A stretch of DNA of 12,850 nucleotides from a virus (lineage: Duplodnaviria > Heunggongvirae > Uroviricota > Caudoviricetes). Location: the IMG/VR virus record IMGVR_UViG_2663762948_000002. One strand, 5' to 3'. Positions 7,824-12,850 of the stretch are shown piece after piece; positions within the stretch are counted from its first letter, which is position 1; each line of letters starts with the position of its first letter. A program made the translations under genes and the position numbers. Below the pieces are notes generated by a model. That model saw only the letters and a program-made list of their open reading frames with translations, ran no database searches and had not been told where the DNA came from.

Positions 7824-7850
7824 AAAAAAACCGCATTAAGCGGTTTTTTT
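7824..7850. terminator. Bidirectional intrinsic terminator about 80 nt downstream of the putative Q gene; candidate tR'-like terminator of the late leader.
   Basis: Perfect palindromic hairpin AAAAAAACCGC-ATTAA-GCGGTTTTTTT: a GC core flanked by an A7 and a T7 run, so a U-tract follows the stem on either strand. Confidence 0.65.
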
Positions 7851-7930
7851 ACGATGTCCATGTCTGCAATCCGCCTCGCGATACAGCTTTGCGAAGCATA
7901 GCAAAATTGAAGCAGTTTATACGTAAGAAA

Positions 7931-8473
7931 TCAAGCCATTTTCTCAGCAAATGATTCACGCATGGGAATATATAGGGCATACTCAGCAACAGCTAACCAA
8001 TTAGCAATCCGTTTTTCGCATGTGCTAAAACACCACTCTGGGTGTGCATCATTTAGCAATTCAGCCATTTTGCGCTTAGTCATCCCCCGCCCTTCATAGC
8101 GTTGCCGGAGAATGCAAATCAATCCTGGATGCTCTGCCAGCACCTCACTTATGACTCGATCAATACATAACGCCTCTGCATCAGTACAATGCGCCAGCCA
8201 GCTCTTTTGCTTGCCGTTGATCATCTCTCGCAAAAACGCTTCCAGCTCAGCTTTCTCTATTCCCGCTTTTTTCATTCTGCGCAGGGCTTCATTAATGGCT
8301 GTTTTCGTCAGTTTTTTGGATGCCAACAACTGATTGAACATATTCCCTGACCTGCCACCGCCAATATACGACCAGCGCCCCCACATACGTAGTTTTCCCT
8401 GAATCCAGACACTTTCCAGCGTGGTGAGGCGAAGGTGTTCTCCGCTTTTTCCTGTATTCGTTGGGTAAATCAT
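7931..8473 (-). CDS. Putative late-gene antiterminator Q (Q21/Q82-like family), 180 aa.
   Basis: Occupies the Q slot, last gene of the nin-type operon and immediately upstream of terminators and the lysis cassette; start overlaps the stop of the upstream YbcO-like gene; N-terminal W..WGRW motif and a C-terminal helix-turn-helix-like segment resemble non-lambda Q proteins. Family assignment is from memory, not a search. Confidence 0.55.
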   Translation of the reverse strand: MIYPTNTGKSGEHLRLTTLESVWIQGKLRMWGRWSYIGGGRSGNMFNQLLASKKLTKTAINEALRRMKKAGIEKAELEAFLREMINGKQKSWLAHCTDAEALCIDRVISEVLAEHPGLICILRQRYEGRGMTKRKMAELLNDAHPEWCFSTCEKRIANWLAVAEYALYIPMRESFAEKMA

Positions 8474-8760
8474 AAATGACCTTTCTTTCTCCAGATTTCT
8501 TGTGTGCGAAAAACCCCTTCAGCATGCATCAGGCGCAATTCTTCTTTGGTGTAATCGCTGGTTTTTACCCGCCCGTCGATTAGATCGTGGCATGAGCTAC
8601 AGGCTATCGCCGCCTGCATATCGTGTGGTTTTGTCGCTGTTCCGCACGTCCCCGCCAGCCTGTAATGCGCCAGCACAGAGGTTTCGGGATTGTGATTGCA
8701 GTAGCCAGGGATTCTGATCTGGCACATCTGGCCTTTAGCCGCTTTACGTAAATTCACCAT
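8470..8760 (-). CDS. YbcO-like nin-region protein (Cys-rich putative nuclease), 96 aa.
   Basis: Aligns by recall with E. coli DLP12 YbcO (LRKAA.G..CQ.RIPG.CN.NPETSVLAH.RL.G.CGT.TKP.D...IACS.CHD.ID.R); conserved Cys/His pattern; translationally coupled to its neighbours on both sides. Confidence 0.7.
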   Translation of the reverse strand: MVNLRKAAKGQMCQIRIPGYCNHNPETSVLAHYRLAGTCGTATKPHDMQAAIACSSCHDLIDGRVKTSDYTKEELRLMHAEGVFRTQEIWRKKGHL

Positions 8761-9359
8761 TACGCAAACTCCAGTAGTTGTGCGGCCACATTTTCAACTT
8801 CCTCATGAGAGGAGAATTTACGAAACAGAATCCAGTTCCACAGCACATTCAGTACAGATTTATAAACCTGCTGAAACTCGACTTCGTCCATATTCGCAAA
8901 AGCGATGGATTTTGCCCGACGCCCACGGCTACCGTCCGGATAAATATGCTCGGTGTAAAATCCGGCCTGAATGGTTACCCACTCGCGGAAAGCCTCAAAC
9001 GACTTTAGCAACGCCGTATCCCGGGTTCTACGAGTCGCAACGGTGTTAAGGTATTGCTCTGCGGCATCACTCAGGGCTGGCGTGTGTTCCCGACCAACTG
9101 ATTCGCACAGGTAATCAACGAAACCAGACAGCAGTTCTCGTTCGCGAGGCGTGATCGCCCCACCGACCGGAGTCCAGTAATCGAATCCCAGTTGCAGGAG
9201 TTTGAAAAAACGCTTGTGGAATGCGTAGTTACGCACACGCTTAAAGTCTGCGTGTATCCACTCACCTATTTTGATTTGATGCAGAAAATCGCAACTCTCC
9301 GGCGTCGCCGGGAGAAGTAAACCAGAAGAAGTTTGTTTGACCAGTTGTATATGCGCCAT
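8760..9359 (-). CDS. Lambdoid nin-region protein of unknown function (199 aa); possibly the DUF1367-type family, unverified.
   Basis: Intact 199-aa ORF with its stop overlapping the YbcO-like start; position upstream of YbcO/Q as in nin regions; no motif I can assign with confidence. Confidence 0.55.
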   Translation of the reverse strand: MAHIQLVKQTSSGLLLPATPESCDFLHQIKIGEWIHADFKRVRNYAFHKRFFKLLQLGFDYWTPVGGAITPRERELLSGFVDYLCESVGREHTPALSDAAEQYLNTVATRRTRDTALLKSFEAFREWVTIQAGFYTEHIYPDGSRGRRAKSIAFANMDEVEFQQVYKSVLNVLWNWILFRKFSSHEEVENVAAQLLEFA

Positions 9360-9417
9360 TTCTCAATCTCTCGATGGCGCAGCGCAGCAGATGCCAGTTG
9401 TTCAGGCTGACGAATAA

Positions 9418-9445
9418 AGTATAAATAAACTGGCTATGGTGTAAA
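9418..9445 (-). promoter_or_regulatory. Possible sigma70 promoter upstream of the nin-Q operon.
   Basis: On the minus strand: -35 TTTACA (plus 9440-9445), 16-bp spacer, -10 TATACT (plus 9418-9423), about 60-75 nt upstream of the 9359 ATG. Confidence 0.3.
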
Positions 9446-9639
9446 GCCCCACATAGCATGAACAAACACTACATATCAAATAGCTGGTACAAGGATAGAA
9501 ATACGACATTTATTATTAAAAACGATTAGATAAATTACATTTTAATGTTATGCAAAAGTTCTTTTTTATCATAACATTTCAATAAAAGCATTACAGATGC
9601 AATCATCCCGTCATCATCAATTATTTAAGGTGGTTAAAC

Positions 9640-9726
9640 ATGGAAAATAACAAGTTCGCACATCTCGCTCCTTTTTTATCCGTAATCCTTTTCGCTTGTT
9701 GTTTTATATGGGCATTATTTTTATAA
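9640..9726 (+). CDS. Candidate small hydrophobic protein (28 aa, MENNKFAHLAPFLSVILFACCFIWALFL); possible small membrane protein or type I toxin-like peptide.
   Basis: ATG at 9640 preceded by ribosome-binding site AAGGTGG (9628-9634, 5-nt spacer); a single predicted TM helix; lies in an otherwise ORF-free AT-rich region. Too short for statistical support. Confidence 0.3.
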   Translation: MENNKFAHLAPFLSVILFACCFIWALFL

Positions 9727-10117
9727 AGTAGCCACATGATAAGTTGCTGGAATCATATTTCCCACTCAAGTCATTAACATTTGATAAGATATATCTAAAA
9801 GGACGCCTTTACATTATTTATGTGTATATAATTTATTTATATACACAGTAAAGGTATCCTGGGAAAATATTTATCGTTAAAAAATACATCATAAATAATC
9901 AAGCTGAAATTTCAGAACACAACTAATACACACAATAAGGTTCAGTAACAATAATCTATGTGGACTACATCGAGATTTTTTGATTAAACTTTAATAACTT
10001 ATTCCTAACACACAGAATGCATAAACTAAAAGTAAAACAAATAGTTATACGAAAAACAACCATATTTATTATATCTTCTCCTCTAATCAACATATCAATT
10101 ATGTGTTTCATAACAGC

Positions 10118-10157
10118 TTGACATAACCCTCAAAAACACGCATTTATAATGCATGTT
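10118..10157 (+). promoter_or_regulatory. Promoter of the yeaR-like gene with an overlapping NsrR-type operator (11-1-11 inverted repeat).
   Basis: AACACGCATTT-A-TAATGCATGTT at 10135-10157 closely matches the NsrR consensus as I recall it; TATAAT at 10145-10150 lies inside the operator; TTGACA at 10118-10123, although the 21-bp spacing to that -10 is non-canonical. Confidence 0.5.
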
Positions 10158-10172
10158 TTTGAGGAGGTGGTT

Positions 10173-10511
10173 ATGACACACAAGAGAATTCCTAAAGATT
10201 GGGTAATCAAACGCTCAACTCCGTTCTTCACAAAAGAGAACGTACCTTCAGCGTTATTAACACATCATAATACAGCAGCAGGTGTTTTTGGGCAGTTGTG
10301 CGTAATGGAAGGCACTGTAACATATTATGGTTTTACTGATGAGAATGCTACTGAACCGGAGATAAAAGTAGTCATTAATGCTGGCGCTTTTGCAACAAGC
10401 CCACCACAATACTGGCACCGTGTTGAACTAAGCGATGATGCTCAGTTTAATATTAACTTTTGGGTCGCTCCAGACTTCTCGGGCGAAAAAGTCTATAGCA
10501 CCAAAAAATAG
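10173..10511 (+). CDS. YeaR-like protein (DUF1971 family), 112 aa from the ATG at 10173. The ORF opens at 10149 but the ribosome-binding site supports 10173.
   Basis: Ribosome-binding site GAGGAGGTGG 3-4 nt before the ATG at 10173; the protein shares motifs with E. coli YeaR by recall (RSTPF, SVM.G.V.Y.G..DE...EP, FNI.F.VAP); the gene is AT-rich. Confidence 0.75.
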   Translation: MTHKRIPKDWVIKRSTPFFTKENVPSALLTHHNTAAGVFGQLCVMEGTVTYYGFTDENATEPEIKVVINAGAFATSPPQYWHRVELSDDAQFNINFWVAPDFSGEKVYSTKK

Positions 10512-10540
10512 ATGATCATATTAAAAATGCTTTAACAGTC

Positions 10541-10577
10541 AGACCCGGCAGGGCTATCCCCGACGGGTCTCATTTTT
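10541..10577 (+). terminator. Rho-independent terminator downstream of the yeaR-like gene.
   Basis: Stem AGACCCG / CGGGTCT (10541-10547 and 10564-10570) with a structured loop, followed by CATTTTTG. Confidence 0.55.
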
Positions 10578-10725
10578 GTAAATATATTGGTTCTACATTG
10601 ACAGGAGACTTCAACCATAAGAAGTAATCTGAATACTTGAGCAATAAATTTACTTAAGATTAATGAGCGCACCTTGCCGGACAAAGATAAACCAAGGTAA
10701 CACCTTTTTTCTAGCCAGTATGTAA

Positions 10726-10815
10726 TCAATCAGAAAGCCGCTCCATAAGAACAACAGCAAGACAATAAATTGCCATTACAGCCGCAATAGCTAGCGCACA
10801 TTTGAGAACCAGCAC
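10726..10815 (-). CDS. Candidate small hydrophobic protein (29 aa, GTG start, MLVLKCALAIAAVMAIYCLAVVLMERLSD).
   Basis: Consensus ribosome-binding site AGGAGG 5 nt upstream of a GTG (plus 10813-10815); one predicted TM helix with a charged C-terminal tail; it is in a different frame from the longer 74-aa ORF in the track, which looks spurious. Confidence 0.3.
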   Translation of the reverse strand: MLVLKCALAIAAVMAIYCLAVVLMERLSD

Positions 10816-11234
10816 GACAACCTCCTGTATTGGACGTACACCAGTTCTGATAAATATGAGGCTGTCTCATCATTGATTCAATATAACTATTGGGTATAGT
10901 TTCTGTGATTTTGTTCTGTAGAAATGGAACACAACAACCAGTCACCACCAGCACTTCTTTAAATACGCCAAGTCCGACGCAAGCTAACCTTCTAGTCCGC
11001 TTTGAGCGAGGAGCGGACCAAACCCGGCCAACTGACTCTTAAAGGGGCCGCAGGAATTTTTCGTCTGAACTTTCGAAGCTCCTCTCCCTGAAGACAGAAA
11101 ACTTCTGTGTGCTGTGGGAATATTGAATCTTTGCCTTAGATATAAATAATTTTATCCCGCCTGAAGTTTACATTATTTTATTTATCTGTTTTTCTAAATC
11201 AGACTGCACTCCTTACTTAAATCAGGAGCCAGTC

Positions 11235-11771
11235 ATGCCATTTGTTATTTATGTGTTTACTATCAGTGCCTTTGCGCTCGGACTCGCGGAATTTGTCCCC
11301 ATTGGGCTGACAGACGTTATGGCTCAGGGGTTGTGTGTGGGTGTGGAGCAGACCGGGGCAGCGGTTACAACCTATGCACTGGGGGCAACGTTCGCGGCAC
11401 CCGTACTGTCTGCGCTGACAGCAAGCTGGAGCCGGAAAAATGTAATGCTTACAACTGCCGTTGTGTTTACTGCCGGTAGTCTGGCGGCCGCGTTTGCAGC
11501 CACATTACCTCAGCTCCTGTTAGCGCGGTTCATTGCTGGTCTGGGACACGGCCTGTTTCTGGCTGCGGCATCCAGTACCGCAGCTCGTCTTGCTGGACCG
11601 GGTAAAGCAGGCAGAGCGGTGGCTGTGGTATTTGGTGGCTTTACTCTGGCGATGGCAATCGGCGTACCGCTGAGTACATGGTTGCCCGTGGAGACATTGG
11701 CACGAATGCAGATTATGTATGGAAACTGCAGGCCACTCTGGGTGCGTTGGGAATACGGAATGATTACGTGA
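11235..11771 (+). pseudogene. Truncated MFS-family transporter gene (N-terminal roughly 155 aa of an expected roughly 400 aa protein).
   Basis: ATG at 11235 with AGGAG ribosome-binding site; N-terminal half resembles MFS transporters (about 5 TM helices, loop motif LTASWSRKN); the reading frame ends after a non-MFS-like tail, only 67 nt before the next gene, with no continuation in another frame. Confidence 0.6.
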
Positions 11772-11838
11772 GTGAACTGGCCCTTGCTCTGCATGAGGCT
11801 CCCTGTAACGATAAACTTCATCAGCGAGGCGCTTCACT

Positions 11839-12720
11839 ATGAGCCATCTGAGCCATCTGCGAACGTTTCTTGAGGCCTATCGCTCTGGCTCCTTTTCAAA
11901 GGCGGCAGAACTACTGGGCATCACTCAGCCCGCGGCGTCACAGCATATCCAGTCTCTTGAGACTCTGGTTGGTAAGCGTCTGTTTATCAGGCAGGCCAGA
12001 GGCGTGACGGCAACCGAAGCTGCGGATGAGCTTGCCCGCTCAGTTTCACCCTTCATTGATGGTCTGGAAGAAAAGCTGTCCTCTTTCCGGTCAGGCTCTG
12101 TACGCGGGGGAACAATTAATCTGGCAGGACCGCCAGATTTTATTCATTCCCGGCTTGGGACAGTAATGGCTCCACTAATGAAGGAGGGGTATCGCCTACG
12201 CTTTCATACCGGCAATAAGCAACGTATTTATTCCCTTTTGCATGACGGGAGCGCCGATCTCGCTGTTACCGCATCTATGCCTGATGACCGTCTGTACGGC
12301 TATGCACATCTACTGACTGAACGCATGCTCCTTGTTCATGCTCCCGCCATGTCAGAGATCATCGGATCAGAACCTGGTGCTGAAACGCTTGCCTCATTAC
12401 CGCTGATTGCTTATGACGAAGAGTTGCCACTGATTAGAGCGCTCTGGGCCTCCATGTTTCAGAGAGCCCCTGAGATGCAGGCTACATTCACCATTCCGGA
12501 TTTACGTATTATCCGCGACTTGGTCTGTGACGGCCACGGGTGGACAGTGCTGCCGGATTATCACTGTGACAATGACCTGAAAAGTGGTCGCCTGATTTCA
12601 GTGACACCTGCAGACCTCGCTCCGACTAATCATCTTTATCTGGTCTGGAACAAAAGGACGGCTAATAACAGCCGAACCGCCTATGTTCGGGATTACATTC
12701 TTAAAACGTTTCCGCGTTGA
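11839..12720 (+). CDS. LysR-family transcriptional regulator (293 aa).
   Basis: N-terminal helix-turn-helix typical of LysR regulators (LSHLRTFLEAYRSGSFSKAAELLGITQPAASQHIQSLE) followed by a substrate-binding domain of typical length; GC-rich coding sequence. Confidence 0.85.
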   Translation: MSHLSHLRTFLEAYRSGSFSKAAELLGITQPAASQHIQSLETLVGKRLFIRQARGVTATEAADELARSVSPFIDGLEEKLSSFRSGSVRGGTINLAGPPDFIHSRLGTVMAPLMKEGYRLRFHTGNKQRIYSLLHDGSADLAVTASMPDDRLYGYAHLLTERMLLVHAPAMSEIIGSEPGAETLASLPLIAYDEELPLIRALWASMFQRAPEMQATFTIPDLRIIRDLVCDGHGWTVLPDYHCDNDLKSGRLISVTPADLAPTNHLYLVWNKRTANNSRTAYVRDYILKTFPR

Positions 12721-12850
12721 TGTTTGAAACGGATGATTGGCGATGCGTATCATAAGTTACGTATGTCCGCTTCTGGCACAAAGCAGACGCCCACTCTCAC
12801 GCGAATGCTTTGCCCTTGACTTGCCAACAACCGTATCGCTTGCTCCGCAA

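Noticed and set aside
6887-7930. Looked for tRNA genes or a toxin (Stx-like) operon between Q and the lysis genes, as in Stx-converting lambdoid phages.
   Set aside because: No cloverleaf-compatible sequence was found: fragments such as TAGCTCAG or GGATTCACC lack matching acceptor and T-arm partners. The only ORFs here are the two lipoprotein genes, with no AB5-toxin-like ORFs.
8112-9465. Overlapping ORFs 8112-8333 (plus), 8292-8525, 8502-8717 (plus), 8778-9008 (plus), 8780-9049 (plus), 9071-9265 and 9262-9465 around the nin-Q operon.
   Set aside because: They overlap the translationally coupled operon in other frames or on the opposite strand and lack start signals; 9262-9465 would run through the candidate operon promoter.
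10149-10172. Upstream extension of the yeaR-like ORF starting at the ATG at 10149 (MHVFEEVVM...).
   Set aside because: The GAGGAGGTGG ribosome-binding site lies inside this extension and is ideally placed for the ATG at 10173; the 10149 ATG sits inside the NsrR-like operator and -10 element.
10532-10954. Minus-strand ORFs 10532-10729 (65 aa) and 10730-10954 (74 aa, Cys-rich) downstream of the yeaR-like gene.
   Set aside because: No ribosome-binding sites; the first overlaps the yeaR terminator and the second has odd low-complexity Cys/Gly composition. The better-supported small ORF at 10726-10815 is in a different frame.
11510-11837. Two overlapping minus-strand ORFs (103 and 105 aa) antisense to the MFS remnant.
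   Set aside because: Antisense chance ORFs in GC-rich coding sequence with Arg/Pro/Ala/Ser/His-rich compositions and no start signals.
1-12850. Screened for CRISPR arrays, IS or transposon ends, integrase, and retron or toxin-antitoxin pairs.
   Set aside because: No arrays of regularly spaced direct repeats, no transposase or integrase-like ORFs, and no gene pair with recognisable toxin-antitoxin features; only short isolated palindromes and terminator hairpins were found.

Overview
Reading by eye only (no searches or computations run), this window is the late region of a lambdoid prophage on the minus strand (about 18-9359), followed by an AT-rich, ORF-poor segment and non-phage genes (about 9360-12850). 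Right to left, the phage part runs: a translationally coupled nin-type operon (unknown protein, YbcO-like, putative Q antiterminator), two terminators, a self-contained two-gene lipoprotein cassette, a pinholin / SAR-endolysin / Rz-Rz1 lysis cassette, a low-GC trkG-like potassium transporter gene, a ParB-like nuclease gene, and the small and large terminase genes. The gene order lysis-trkG-ParB-terminase matches the degraded Rac prophage of E. coli K-12 as I recall it, but here the genes look intact. The most interesting candidate is the lipoprotein cassette between Q and the holin: two paralogous predicted outer-membrane lipoproteins whose C-termini resemble TolA domain III, with their own promoter and terminator. 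I know of no characterised function for such proteins; a periplasmic TolA decoy (colicin or filamentous-phage exclusion) is a hypothesis. The right-hand part carries a yeaR-like gene behind a near-consensus NsrR operator, two small hydrophobic ORFs with strong ribosome-binding sites, a truncated MFS transporter gene and a LysR-family regulator. No rRNA, tRNA, CRISPR array, integrase or transposase was recognised. All homology statements come from recalled protein sequences and need confirmation.
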